Below, in pieces: positions 1-13,441 of a DNA stretch of 64,000 nt. Under the pieces are notes generated by a model that was not told where the DNA came from, ran no database searches, and saw only the letters and a program-made list of their open reading frames with translations. Position 1 is the first letter of the stretch; every line of letters begins with the position of its first letter. Origin of the DNA: Utricularia gibba (taxonomy: Eukaryota; Plantae; Magnoliophyta); the NCBI GenBank assembly GCA_002189035.1, contig CM007990.1:2480001-2544000 (forward strand), in the 5' to 3' direction. The position numbers and the translations under genes were made by a program.

Positions 1-48
1 ATCATACTTCTTGCTGGGTGTCTTAAATCTATTGACATGCCCTTTCAG

Positions 49-2456
49 GTATTGTACAGAAGTCGATGTGATAATCGGCTTAATGAAATAACAGAAAGGG
101 CCAGAGCTGACAAGGCTGAGGTGTGCATGGTTAAAAATGGCATTTACTTCATTGTTGATACTTCCATTTTTTTTTCATGTGAACTTACGGTCTTTCAATT
201 ATGCCGTCAGGCTGAAGCACTAGAAAAGAAGTACCAGGAGAAATATAAGCTAGTTGCAGAGGTTCATTCCAAGTTAACACTTGAAGAGGCTTCGTATCGC
301 GGAATTCAGGTGCAGCTGCAAACCACAGACTCAATCATAGAATTGAACCAATTCTACTGTGTGACTCAAGCAGCTTATGTTATTTCTGGTTTATATGCTA
401 TTTCTCAGGGGTGGTAACTGAATCAATGTGCTTATGATTATGTATGTAGGAGAGGAAGATGGAATTGCATCAGGCAATCATTAGAATAGAACAAGGTGGA
501 AGTGCTGACGGTATCCTTCAGGTGATTTGAACTCTTGTGGCTTACACTTTGGTGCTTTACTTGGGATGACTCACATCACTAAATGTTAGGTTCGTGCTGA
601 TCGTATACAATCAGATCTTGAGGGTCTCTTGAAGGCATTATCAGATCGCTGTAGCAAACATGATTTCCAGATTAAATCATCTGCGCTAATTGAGCTTCCT
701 CAGGTGATTAGATCATGTGTGACCTGTATTATGTGTTATATTTTGCTCCCTTCAGCAAATTTACTTCTACTTCTGCGATGATTCAAAAGATGGCTTTGGC
801 TGAAAGTACCAGTTATTCCAGGACTGTGGTGGTGTGCAATTTTCTCCTTTGAGTGAGGTGTCAGCAATTTATTGAATCTGTAGAACTAGGCGCTGACCTT
901 GATGCATTTTAAACTATTCCTCGTGCTCTTTTCCTGTATTTTAGGAAGCCTGCTCTGCATAATCGTCAATCAGAACAGTGGGATTAATTTAGAAATAATT
1001 GATGATTTAGAACTGGCAATTTGGTCCAGATTCTATTACTCTTTGTTTTGCTCTGAATAGTAAAAAAAGACATCTTTTCTTCTCACTGTGTTTTGTCGCA
1101 ATCTTTGCATTTTGGAGGCTGGGCGCCAGGAGTACCAGAGGCTGCTTTGGTATGGGATGAAGAATGGGATAAGTTTGACGATGAAGGTTTATATCTCCTT
1201 TTGTGGAATTTCTCTCTTCGATTTTTACATATATGCTTCTTTTGTCATTAGGTTTTTCCTTTGATGTTTCCATTCCCGAGAATAGCAAGGATGCATCTTT
1301 CAGTGGGGAGAATTCTTCCCCAGCTCATAGCCTTTCTCCTGATTCTGTGCTGAATGCTGATTCCATGTCTGAGGAACCCTTCAATTCACGGGAGACTGCT
1401 TTCGAGAAAGAATCTATATACAGTGCTGATGATTCTAAGAGTGTCCAAGATGGCATAGGGAGCGTGATGCCACACGAAAGCCCCTCCGATGGGTACACGG
1501 AAGCCCATTTAACAAGGAACTCTATAGATGCTGATACTCACAGGTTTTCTCAACTTCAGTGTGCCACCTTGTGTTATCGTGTTCAGGGTTTATTGTCTCT
1601 TCTTGTTTTCACCTTCTCTTTCCCTTACAGAAGCTTTGATGATTCTACGTGGGGTAACTTCAACAATGATGATGATATTGATTCTGCGTGGGCCTTCAAT
1701 TCTAAGGCATGTTCTTCAACTGCATCTTTTTAAAGTTATCTTCAAACTAGATTATTCCCAAAATTCTCATGTATGGCTTGATGAAAATGAGTTTTTTTAC
1801 CCAAAGTTGATAGTGTTGGTTGACCATAAAAACATCTGAACAAAACACTATCTTAAAAAGATTGGTGATATTGTGTTTTGTGTTAATTTAGTCATTGCGC
1901 TACTGGCATCCATAACCTAATGAATCATGCGACACCATATGTTTGTCAGCATCACCCATATATGCATGTATCTGTGCATATGTTCATTCAGTTGCTTAAG
2001 ATGGCTGACAGCAATTATGATTTCCAGGAATTGGACAATGGGAAACTCGAGGAAAAGCATTTCTTCGGTTCTAGCGTTTTTGCAGCCAGCCCAGAACGAA
2101 CTGATTCCCCTCAGGGAGGTAGTGGATTTCAGAAGAATGACACCTTTTTCTTCGAGGACTCGGTTCCGAATTCTCCACTTTCAAGGGCAGCCAGTTCTCC
2201 ATCACGGGTCAGTATGGAATCGAAGGATCCTTTCTTTGGCAGTTTCTCTGGATACGATTCATTCAGTGTACAGAGCAGTGGATCCCCTCACGGGACAAAT
2301 CTCACAAGGTTTGACTCCGTGAGCAGCACAAGCGGCTTCAATGACAACAGGAAGTACTCTTTTGACGATGCAGATCCATTTGGCTCCAGTGGTCCATTTA
2401 AAGTCTCCTCAGAAACTCCGAAGAATGGTTCTCGATGGGACAGCGGTTCAATGTAG
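49..2456 (+). CDS. 3' part of EH-domain/EF-hand endocytic scaffold (EPS15-like, AtEH1/Pan1 family); gene starts before the window. Exons approx. 49-120, 209-309, 450-521, 590-703, 1118-1186, 1251-1545, 1631-1706, 2028-2456
   Basis: Spliced translation gives coiled-coil motifs VLYRSRCDNRLNEITER, EKKYQEKYK, VRADRIQSDLE, then WDEEWDKFDDEG, SFDDSTWG and C-terminal FDDADPFGSSGPFKVSS typical of plant EH proteins; AG/GT sites flank these blocks. Inner exon ends are approximate. Confidence 0.85.
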
Positions 2457-3086
2457 TTGGAGGCATCATCATCACTTATCTGTTGTGATAGAACCTTCTG
2501 CTCCATGAACTCCTTGGGCAGCCTCGTCGCTCCCACACAAGTTTCATCCCTCCAGCAGATGATGAGAGTCGAATTTGGTTTTTCCCCTTTCTGTCACACA
2601 AGTATGCTACTGTATGATTGGTGTTATTCTTACTGTTCTACTGGGTGTGTATCAAAACACTCTTCTAGTTGTAAGAAAATTGATGCGAACTCATCCCTTT
2701 AATGAATACTGAACTGATGCTTCTGGGAGGCAGTCAGCAGAGCATTGCTCTTGAGGATTTCAGAATGGATGCTATTAAGATAAGTTTTTGTTATGTTGTT
2801 GGGTTTTCGAACAGGGTTATGGGTCACGAAGAATAAGAAAAAGGGGGAAATTCATCTGAATTATCCAGGATGAGAGGAGAAGTTTTTATCTTATTTTTTC
2901 TATCTATGTTGAAAGAAAAAAAAAATCCGTTGATTTTCCAAAAGCTCCCCTATCGTTCGGATGTCTTTCATATAACATTCTTTTGAAAAGACAACATTAC
3001 ATCCTACTTTCAAGTTGGTTGCTTCTTCCTCCTAATGGAGATCTTGTCTTGTAGGCAACCATTGTCTACTCCCTCAAGTGCTGTCG

Positions 3087-3116
3087 GCTGTGCTGTGCTG
3101 TGCTGTGCTGTGCTGT
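3087..3116. repeat. (GCTGT)6 pentanucleotide microsatellite
   Basis: Six perfect GCTGT units read directly. Confidence 0.9.
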
Positions 3117-3487
3117 TATCTCTCCTACTTCCTGCTCAGTGTTCTCCATGTTGTTCCTGGTTGGGGTCAGGATGATGTCGTTACTGTCATGCCCTGTGCT
3201 ATTCATCACAGTTTTCTTGTCGAAAACCTCAACCCGAGCGAGCCACGGAACTGTCAAGTAGCACGTTACATGATGTACTTGGAATGGAGCATGTTGCGTC
3301 AGAGCCAGAATAACCTTCCTCTTTATGTTTGTTTGTCATCATTTCGAGTAAAACAACTGGACAAAACTACTTGAAAAGGAATTACAAAAAAAAACAACTG
3401 TTCATAGAAGCAAGTCCCAATGGAACAAATGTGGTTAACGAACTAAGAAGGAAGGCTCATAAGATAAGTGGTTTGCGGGTGATTCGC

Positions 3488-5221
3488 CTACAGATGCAGC
3501 ACCGCCAATGCCTTTGTGATGCAGGAAGATGCGTCTAAATCGTTCGTCACATGCTTTCTCCAGATGTGGTTCCACCCCCTTGAACCCTCAGAAACATTAA
3601 AAACAGTCACAAAGTCCAACACTCGCCCGAAGATCTTGAATATTTCCAGTCCGAAAATAAGCTGTTTGTCAGCAACAAAAGCAGCATTCCAGTCCATGGG
3701 CGCGTCAGGGTGTGTTGAAACTTCCTTCCAGGAAAGGTGCGTAAAATCAAGTTCCCACAACTTCCTCACAGCCTTGTTCCTCCTCCCAATTTGCCCTTCT
3801 CCTTCACACCACAAAACGCAGATCATCAAGAGTCTACCACTGGATGAAATCAGTTTTGGATGGTATTCTTGCACTCTCGGGGAGCTTGGTATCATCTGGA
3901 TCCGGATCCAGTATCCTCTTTGTATGTCATACCCAATGAGCTTGTCAGTTTCCGAGTACACATAGAAGATGCCTCGGCATACCGCAGCAGAACACGGGCG
4001 GCCAAAATCCATAGGTATGCTTTGTATTTCAGTCCATTTGTTTGAAACAGGGTCATAAATTTCACCAGTGTCCAGTGGCTCATCCCAAGCACCCAGACCT
4101 CCAACAACCAGCATGATAAACTTCTTACAATCTTTAACGGATGAGGTTTCAGCTTTCTGCTTCACGAGTTTCAAAGATGGGACAGATGAAACTTCATTTT
4201 CATCAAACGAGTGCCGAGGTTGGCATCTAATTGACAGTCTGTGAGGATCTTCGTAAACATCTGATGCGCCACCAATTCTAGGCCTATAGAGTCTTCTTTC
4301 ACTTTGATTTTTCTGGTTTCTAAAGACAACACAATCCAGATCAACCTCCGCAACTCCCAGAATCGGTGATGACCGAGCATACTTCATGGATGCAACTTTG
4401 CGCCATGACTTAGTCAAAGGACTGAACACAACAACTCCTTTGTGTGTCTTAGATGAGTTTCTATCGACCCTTAAGGTATTGTACAAGCTAGAACAGCCTC
4501 CAACTACATAAATTTCCTCCTGGATGCAGGCAACAGAAAACATAAACCTGCCTTTCAGAGTAGGAGAATCAATAGTGTGCCACTTTTCAAGAGCAACATC
4601 CAACACATGCATTTCTCCAGAGCAATATCCATCCTTAACAGCACCTAAGAGAAATAGCCATGGACTTTGAAATAAACCCTCCCTCCGAACACACATAAAG
4701 CGAGGTGTGGAAGTCAAGTTTCTCCATTTCTTGCAGACTAAACGAGCATTCATTAGGCTTGCGAGAGGAAGCCTCACCAAGCACATTTCGAGAATATCAT
4801 CAGGTAAACGTGCATTGATGGTATCGCTCTCTACAGAACCCTTGTATGTTAATGTCTTCCTGGAATTCCTTTTAAACAACTTGTCCCTCATACCATAGGG
4901 GAAGCAATCAATGGTTGTTCCGATATCTTTTCCACATCCATGTATAAAGCTCTTTCCTTCGTCGCTTGCACCAGATTGACTATTGGCCGGATCGCCAACA
5001 TGTTCTCCCATGTCAGCAACTACTTTGCAGCCTCCACCCCTGCTATAAAGCGGAAGGCAGCGGGAAGAAATATTACTTGCCTCCCTCTCATGAGAACCTT
5101 CACTGATGACTTCCTTTGTTTTCAATTGCTGGCTCATGCTTCTTACAAAACGTTTACACAAACTCACAGACCCAATATCCAAATCATCATTTTCTTCAAA
5201 AACTAATGTTTCACAGACCAT
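3488..5221 (-). CDS. F-box/kelch-repeat protein, At5g42350/At5g42360-like, intronless
   Basis: Uninterrupted ORF; first ATG at 5221 (ORF track starts at upstream GTG). F-box LPDDILEMCLVRLP...VCKKW, kelch segments, and family motifs DVYEDPHRLS, EGQIGRRNKAVRKLWELD, HPDAPMDWNA, terminal LAVLHL. Confidence 0.92.
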   Translation of the reverse strand: MVCETLVFEENDDLDIGSVSLCKRFVRSMSQQLKTKEVISEGSHEREASNISSRCLPLYSRGGGCKVVADMGEHVGDPANSQSGASDEGKSFIHGCGKDIGTTIDCFPYGMRDKLFKRNSRKTLTYKGSVESDTINARLPDDILEMCLVRLPLASLMNARLVCKKWRNLTSTPRFMCVRREGLFQSPWLFLLGAVKDGYCSGEMHVLDVALEKWHTIDSPTLKGRFMFSVACIQEEIYVVGGCSSLYNTLRVDRNSSKTHKGVVVFSPLTKSWRKVASMKYARSSPILGVAEVDLDCVVFRNQKNQSERRLYRPRIGGASDVYEDPHRLSIRCQPRHSFDENEVSSVPSLKLVKQKAETSSVKDCKKFIMLVVGGLGAWDEPLDTGEIYDPVSNKWTEIQSIPMDFGRPCSAAVCRGIFYVYSETDKLIGYDIQRGYWIRIQMIPSSPRVQEYHPKLISSSGRLLMICVLWCEGEGQIGRRNKAVRKLWELDFTHLSWKEVSTHPDAPMDWNAAFVADKQLIFGLEIFKIFGRVLDFVTVFNVSEGSRGWNHIWRKHVTNDLDASSCITKALAVLHL

Positions 5222-7716
5222 TCTGTGTGCCGTGCTTTCTACGAGCGTCACTAGGAAGTTTTGTTAGACTTTTTGGATCCATCATTGCCTGCTACTTGTA
5301 AATCCACCTGATTCATTAAATCCTGCGCCTATTTAGCTGATGAACACCTTGTAATAGGAAATCACATAAAAAGGGGCATATGAGGATCCATATCTCACTT
5401 AATTGCTTGACAGCTGGAAGGGCGAAAAAAACCCATCACGGATCTGAGAAGAAATCCAGAAAAAGATGAGGAAATCGCAGCCAAACCTTAAAAATTGGAA
5501 GAGGAATCACATGCTTAGCAGCAGGCATCTGAAGGATTTTGGGGAACCCAGAGCCGATTCGATGCGATCAGTCGTTGCAAGCACTTCAGAATGCGGATCG
5601 CACCAACCGATTAAGCAGTTGCGAGGACTAAGAGGTCACATGAGTGATCGACTGACCCAGCCTAGCGAGGCCAGTGAGAGGAATCAGGAAACACGCTTTA
5701 GTTGAGGGAGGAGAAAGAAGACGAGAAAATTTCATGGAGTTTCAGGCATTTTTCATATTTAGAGGCAGACATTTTCTGGAATGGGCCTTTTCCTTCCAGC
5801 CAACACCTTTCTTTACTTTGTTTTTTCATTAGTAGAGAATTCCGATATGTTTTTAACCAGGCATCATATGTTTCAAACTTTGATGATAAAGTATTAAATA
5901 ATTTTGGTGTCATAATTTTTGATGATAAATTAACATTACAATTTTGAAATTTAGTTTTTTTTTTTCATAATTGTATTGTGATGTCTGTCATTGATCTAGT
6001 ACGAAATGCGTCTTTATGGATATTTTTCACCATTAATGATAACAAATTTGTTTTTTTTTAATACGGACCCAAGCAATAATATGAATGTGGAACATTTTTT
6101 TTTTGTTTAAATGGAGAATCGAGAGAAAATTATGCGACTATCCAAATACAATGCTAAATTCCTTATAATGTAAATTGCTTGGATCCAAATACACTTTTTA
6201 CGGGGTTTTGAAGACTTTTAGTATTTTTCAAGTGATTTTTGGTGGTTAGATAACAAATTTGTGGAAAACAGCAATACTGCAATAAGTGCTTATCTGAAAA
6301 AAATAAGAAAGCCAAGTGTACTGACATATAAGGGAATATTTCACTAAGAAATATGGTTTCGAAGAAGAACAAGATGTCTACTAACATTGATATGTTTCTT
6401 TGTCAAAAAATATATCATTGTTTTATTTTTTCTAATTACCTATATCTATATAGAAAAGTTTGATGACAAGATGAGATATTTCCTTTTGGTCATCTTTCAT
6501 GATCATGTTTTCTATTAACAGTGATATGTTTCTCTATTTTGGAGAAGGGTAGCTGACTTTTTTTAGACTATTTGGAAAGTAATTAACCCAATGTGACCTT
6601 CACCTATCAGGGTCCTTAGAGAAAATGGTGTTGTCATGCGTTAGGGGGTGGACTCTCAAAATGGTAGTAACTTGTAGAGCAAGTTGTTCCCTAAGAATGT
6701 TGAAGGTAATATGCGTGATTTCTAGTGATAAACAAAATATTCCCTAGTCGTTGCTAATTGTTGAACTTTTTCATATTAAATAAATTTATAATGTTATAAT
6801 GTATATGAATCTACAAGTCCATGGAAAATGTAAGTGCTTTGACATCGAACTTAGTAAACCTAGAGCTTGTGGTATGAATCACACATTTATGATTCTCACA
6901 ATCAATTTTAAATGTTAATTAAAATTAATAGGATGCAAACATCAATGACAAGCATTGAAGTAAATAACACAAGATGGTTTAAATTCTAACTCAAATAATA
7001 TAAATGCGGTGCATCAAGTTTGTAGGGATGGTATGCTTACAAAAATTCTTATCCTCAACTTTCTAAAAAATTAACTAATACATGAAGACTCAAGTCTACC
7101 TTAGCTCCTACTTGAATTTTTTATTTTAGGTATTCTAAGTGTCCTAAATCTCCATATATTTAATTCAATCAATTTGTGAAGTGTATAGAACTAAACTTAA
7201 TTCTATTTATCTTTACTTAAAAACCTTACTTTTTGAAAAGCTTTTAACTATTTGATCTGGTTTCTTTAGTTAAATGTATTAATCTTTTTTACTTATATAT
7301 CTATCTAGGTTTATTAAGAAAAGAATATACAAATTCAATCAAATTGGACTCAAAATAAAGAAGCAGACCTTCTTTTCCCTCAAGGGCATTACCCTAGTCT
7401 AGCTACTCATACTAAATAGAAATAGATCAATTGCAAAAAAAACAACAACAATAACATCTATATAGTTGTAGTTTTGTATGTAGACTATAAATAAACAAGA
7501 GAAAAGATGAATTTAAATGAAAATACAATTAATCTATTCTTATTTCACAACTCTATTCCTTGTTGTGAATAGTGTTCTTAGAACAAAATTGAGTTCTTCA
7601 ACCAACATAACTTCTTCCATTGCCTCTATTAGTTCTTCACCTTCACCCTCTAAGGGCTAATCTATTCCACTATGTTATGTCTCTCGTCCTCTTACGCTAA
7701 GGATGAAAAGAAAGTC

Positions 7717-8903
7717 TGTTAAGTGTTATTTTCTAGTTGTTTATTAGGTATTATTATGTGTTAATCTAGTATTAAGTCGCCTAATTAGGAATTATATTGA
7801 TAAGTAATTGATTTTCCTAGAAAAATCTTATTTTCCTATTTTGTATATATTTCTCTATCTATTTCGTGCACTTTTGACCGAGACATGCCAAGAGGCAGTT
7901 GTGGAGTGTTGCAGGAGGTCAGACTCTGACTTTTTGTGCCTTGTACGTGACTTGGAAAAATTGTGGGTGAAAGACTGACACTAGTCAAGGCCCCTGACTT
8001 ACGACATGTCAGAGTCTGCAACAATGATTGGGTGCTAACTTGCATGCAAAGGAAAGTTGGTGGCGCACGCAAGACAGAAGGAATGATGGGAAGGGGACCT
8101 AAAGGAGTTAATGCACATGAGAAGTGATATAAAAGCAATTTAGAACACTTATTTTGGGACTTTGAACATTTTTCTCTTGTACTTAAAACTTTTGGGTTCT
8201 TCCTCCCTTCCAAGGAGGAAGAACACTTAGCTTCCATTTGCATTTCTATTTTCATGGCCCTTTTGGGCTAAACTCTTTTAGTTTCTCGGAGTAAATGAAG
8301 TTTCCTTCCAAGTCCTTAGCAATACACTCGGTTCTTCGCTGAATTCATTTAGGATTTCGTATATTTCCACGCATTTTGTTGTAGTCTTTCTGTAACGACT
8401 CCTAGTCAAGGTCCATAATTAGCAGGCCACTCCTAGCGGATTTTAGTCAAGATCAAGGTGAAGATCACCAACTCCAACTCTACCGGTTTGAGGGAAGTAG
8501 CAGATTGTTTGTGGCCGAGGTACCGTGATAGTGGACAGGTAGTGACCTCATGCTTGCCACTGCCCATTGGCAACAACTGGGCACACGCATGCAATTCGGT
8601 TTTAAAGACAATCAACGACAATCCTCTTGTCTTCTTAATTGTCCAAGGGGGAATCACATGAGGCTATTCCCATGCCTCCTGGTCAATCAGAGTGTAAGGG
8701 AGAGTAGGCTATTCCGTGCTCCTATAACTAGCTATTCGGAAGAAATCAATGAAAAGCAAGGCGAGGATAGACAAAGGAAGGAGACGGAATCTCATTCCCA
8801 GGAACTGCACCCCATAGTCAAGGCCCATCACTTAGGTTGTAACTTTTATTTTTGCATTTCACAAACCCCTTTTACATAACCATGACATTTTGTAGAAGTT
8901 TCT
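7717..8903 (+). repeat. 5' LTR of element A (3' ~270 bp missing)
   Basis: Matches 14215-15008 (7 mismatches in first 120 bp) and the reverse complement of ~36650-37772; match stops at ~8903 where RT sequence begins. Confidence 0.8.
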
Positions 8904-11430
8904 TAGTCATGTGCAGGTTGTCTCGAAGAAAACAGATATCATAGTCATGGTCAATGACCAAGGGGAACTCCTGCCTACCAGAGTGTAGAATGGCTGGCGA
9001 ATGTGCGTAGATTACCGAAAACTAAACGCAGCCACCATGAAGGATCACTACCCACTTCCATTCATTGACCAGATGTTGGAAAGACTTGCTGGAAGGAGCC
9101 ACTACTGCTGCTTAGACGGATACTCCGGTTTCCATCAAATACCCGTGGCTCTTGAAGACCAATCTAAGGTTGTTTTCGATTGCCCCTTTGGTACTTTTGC
9201 TTACCATAAAATTCTTTTTGGACTTTGCAACGCACCAGCAACATTTTAGAGATGTAGGTTAGCATTTTTTCTAAATATGTTGAGAATATTATTGAGGTTT
9301 TTATGGATGACTTTACGGTTTATGGAAATAGCTTTGATGAATGCCTTGCTAATTTGTCATTGATCTTGAACTAGAGACTAACCTTGTTTTGAATTATGAG
9401 AAATGTCACTTCATGGTAGAATAAGGTATCATTTTAGGGCATGTCTCCCAAAAGGCAATTGAAGTTGACAAGGCCAAGATTTAGGTAATCCAAAAATTAC
9501 CTTATCCCACTTGTGTCAGAGATGTATGTTCTTTCCTTGCACATGCTGTATTTTATCATAGATTCATTCAAGATTTTTCGAAAATTGCATCTCCTTTGTG
9601 TGCCTTGTTACATAAGGATGTTGAATTTCATTTTGATAGCCATTACATTAATGCTTTTGAAAGAAAAGCTTGTTTCAGCTCCTATTATCCAGGCTCCAAA
9701 TTGGAGTCTACTCTTTGAACTAATGTGTGATGCAAGTGATGTAGCTCTAGGTGCAATTTTGGGAAAAAAGGTGGAGAAACAATCCCATGTTATCCACTAT
9801 GCGTCCAAGTGCCTTGATGATGCCCAAAAGAGCTACACCACTATAGAAAAGGAGCTGCTGGCCATTGTCTTTGCCCTGGAGAAATTTCGATCTTATTTTC
9901 TTGGAGCTTAAGTGATAGTTTATTCGGATCATGCCACATTGAGATATCTCCTCACTAAGAAGGATTTGAAGCCTAGACTTATTAGATGGATTTTATTGCT
10001 TCAAGAGTTCGATTTGGAGATCAAGGACAAGAAAGGATGCGAGAATTTAGTTGCAGACCATCTCAGCCGCATCACTTCTGGCGAAAAATCAAGACTTATC
10101 GATGACAGCTTCCCGGATGAACACCTATTCATGATCCATGACGAGAGTCCCTGGTACGCTGACATCGTAAATTTTTTAGTGACTGGACAGTTTCCTACAG
10201 ATTTCCAGCACTATCAGATGGAGAAAATGAGGAGTAACAGCTTCATCTGGGATGACCCATATCTCTGGAAAATTAGAGTTGATAAGATTATTAGGAGATG
10301 CATCCCCCAAGATGAAGTGCACTCTATTCTTTCCCATTGTTATGAGCTACCTTGCGGTGGACACTTTGATACAAAAGTCACTGCAAAGAACATCTTGGAA
10401 GCTAGATTTTATTGGCCTACAATATTCAAGGATGCCTACCTTCATTGCAAGGCGTGCCCAAATTATCAAAGAGGAGGAAATTTGGAATACAAGGATCAAA
10501 TGCCCCTTCAACTCATTATCATGTGTGAGATTTTTGATGCATGGGGCATTGACTTCATGGTACCATTTCCCCCTCTCAAGGGAAGCTTTATATCCTTCTT
10601 GCTGTAGATTATGTTTCTAAATAGATAGAAGACATTACTTGTGAAAGGGATGATGTCAAAACTGTGGGTAATTTCTTGACTAACATTTTATTTCCTAGGT
10701 TCAGACATCCCAAGATTATAATTTCAGATCGTGGCACCCATTTTGTGAATCATGCGATCAAGATGCTCTTGCTAAATATGGAGTCAACCACCGCCTATCC
10801 ACAGCTAGACATCCCCAAACAAATGGCATGGCGAAAGTGTCAAATAAAGAGGTGAAAAGGATCTTGGAGCGCACCGCGAAGCCAAATAGGCGAGATTGGA
10901 GCTCAAGGCTCACTGATGCAGTATGGGCATACCATGCTGCTTACAAGAATCCCATAGGAATGTCTCCATACCAAATGATCTATGGTGAGGCATGTCATCT
11001 TCCTCTTGAATTACATCACAGGGCATATTGGGCCGTCAATTCATGCAACCTAACTAGTGACCAAGTTGGAGAAAACAGACTTTTAGACCTAAATGAGTTG
11101 GAGGAAATTCGCCTCATTGCCTACACCCACCAGCTCTTGCATAAGGAAAAAGTAAAATGCTTCCATGACAGTAAGTTACATGGGAAGCAATTTTTAGTAG
11201 GTCAAAAAGTTATCTTATTTGATACCACCTTGAAACTCTTTCTCGGTAAATTGCGTTCTAAGTGGCTTGGACCTTATGAAGTTGTGAATGTTTTTCCCTC
11301 TGGTGCTGTTATTATTCGTTCATTTGAAACAGGGAAAAGCATTAAGGTCAATGGAAATCAAGTGAAGCCATTTTATGAGAGATTTCAGCTGCATAATGTG
11401 TGCAGCTTACTTCTAGTCGAGGCTCATTAA
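8904..11430 (+). pseudogene. Athila-type pol remnant (RT, RNase H, integrase) with stops and frameshifts
   Basis: Fragments [64 protein letters not shown], CHxxxCGGHF, [28 protein letters not shown]. Confidence 0.9.
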
Positions 11431-11719
11431 CAAGTGTCACAGTCGGCCAAAGACTGTAAATTGGTGCGACATGGGAGACAACCCATGACTTTAATTTCGT
11501 AACCGTCACTTCTTCCTCGTTTTTATCACCCACTACCTCAAGTAACTTTACTTTCACCTACCCCACGCATCCACTTACTTCTTTAACCGTTTCTACACTC
11601 AACCTCCCTTTTATCTTTTGAAATTCTCATTTTACCGATCATTACCCCACTTCGTTGTTGTGACCTACGTTTCAATTCCTCCTTCTCTCGCCCGAAATTC
11701 TCTGATTTTCTGGCCCACC

Positions 11720-13382
11720 ATGTTTGGACGCCCCACATCTCCAATTACACGAAGCGCAAGTGCTGCAAAGGTAGAGACTCGGAAGCACCAACCTGCTACT
11801 GTTGGACCATCCCGATGGACCCAGTGTCGACCGGTAACCTAGCAGAAGCCTCTGTGCCCCCTAAGCATGAGCCATCTCCAGGCACTGCGACTGAGTCTGT
11901 TCCTATTGAGGCCACGCCTTTGACTATTGTGTCTCCGATGCTGTACCTAGAGTGGTACCCAATCGCTGCTATTGCTGTTGTTGCTGCTGATGCATCGGAA
12001 CCTTCAGTGTCCAATTCCCCAGTAGCAATTTCTGCTCTCGAGAGCCCGCAAACCACACAACCAGAAGAAGGTCAAGCAAAAGAAATTCATATCATTCACT
12101 CATCCCTTTCTCCAGTACAGGATAAAGACGCCACTGAAGAGATCACCATCGATGAGGAGGTGGATCTCTGGATTTCTGAAATGGAGCATGTCACTAATGA
12201 AGGGCCATGCCTAGAGTTCCTTCTAGGAGAACAGGATGTAGATGAAGCAACTCAGCCCACACAGCGAGGTAAAGGGTAGTGCGGTTGCACAAAATTCTTG
12301 CGAGACCGACTTTGGAGTCCCTGCCTGGACTCAACTGAAAAATATCGTGAGGTTTTCAGATAAGAATGCCCAACTCCTATTTAATCTCCTCACTTCTAGC
12401 ATAATTTTTTTTGATTTCAAGTTGCATACGCCTACTTTAGTGCATCTAAACTTGCTTGCTGATATTAACCATTTATTTGATGCTTCCCCTAAGTGGCGTA
12501 AATTTTCTGAAATTAGTTTGCCGGTTTATCCCAAACTTGTTTTTGAATTTTATACAACTTTTGTGTTTGAGGATGTGGCTGGCAATCCCCTTGCTGAGGA
12601 CTTGATTTCATTTCGCCTTGGTGGTAAAAATTTTCGCATGTCTATAAATGATTTTAATGTGGCTTTAGGCTATGTTTCTGAATCTGATTTAGCCACTACT
12701 CGTTTCCTCCAAGCATTTTGTGATTATCCTGAGCACTTTGAATGTTGAATGCCTATGCTTCCATGTCTTTCTGTGAGCCCCCCATATTCTGTACACAAAC
12801 TCAAGGCCCATTACTTGAGGGCCCTTGCTCTTTTAATGTTGAACAGGTATCTTGGAGACTATTATAGCGCAACCCGACAAAGCACCAGCATCATTGCCAA
12901 GGTCATTGTATTCTTCCTGTGAGCGATGATGAAGAAGCTCCCCATCAACTTGGATGGTGGATTGCAACTCAAATGCACTCCATTACCACCAAGAATGAGA
13001 GGGTGCACCCCTTTGCTTCTCTCATTACAAAGCTCGCCCAAAATCTCAAAGTGAACCTGGAAAAGCAGACCCCTCAGGTAGATGACCACATTCGTTATCT
13101 AGATTTGGATGACCTGTTCTCTTGCAGCTACTTCAAGGAGGTTGAGGGGAAGGCTGTTTTCGTGCAAGCGGGTACCAAGAGTACCATCACTTCCATGCCC
13201 CCCTCCATTGTGAATCCCTACGAGGCACCAACAAACATTCCTTTGAGCACCGCACAATCAAGCCCCATAAAGCACACTCTTTTGCTAACTATTCAGAGTC
13301 TCCAAGAACAGGTTTTTGCGCTTTCGACAAAGCTGGACACTCTTATGGCTACTGCTTCACACTCTGGAATGCCTATGACTAA
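11720..13382 (+). pseudogene. Athila-type ORF2 / env-like remnant (Pro/Ser/Thr-rich N-terminus then conserved domain), frameshifted
   Basis: ORF pieces 11720-11842, 11815-12279, 12242-12748, 12919-13382 lie between pol and the 3' LTR; motif PVYPKLVFEFYTT...FRLGG is shared with the minus-strand copy at 38613-39650. Confidence 0.7.
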
Positions 13383-13424
13383 GGTACCCTCCGCTGCACT
13401 TGATGATGAGGACATCCTCAAAAT

Positions 13425-13441
13425 TAAGTGTGGGGGAGGAG
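13425..13441 (+). promoter_or_regulatory. Internal polypurine-tract-like motif TAAGTGTGGGGGAGGAG after ORF2
   Basis: Seen here and as reverse complement at ~38575-38590 in the sister element; Athila elements are known to carry a second PPT after the env-like ORF. Confidence 0.5.

Noticed and set aside
3516-5301. Numerous ORFs antisense to the F-box, CRY1, pol and phospholipase coding regions
   Set aside because: Shadow ORFs expected opposite real coding sequence; no motifs recognised.
7836-8255. Similar 100-140 aa ORFs at 7836-8255, 14440-14754 and 37276-37623
   Set aside because: All lie inside copies of the same LTR on its antisense strand, differ in length and stops, and show no recognisable domain.
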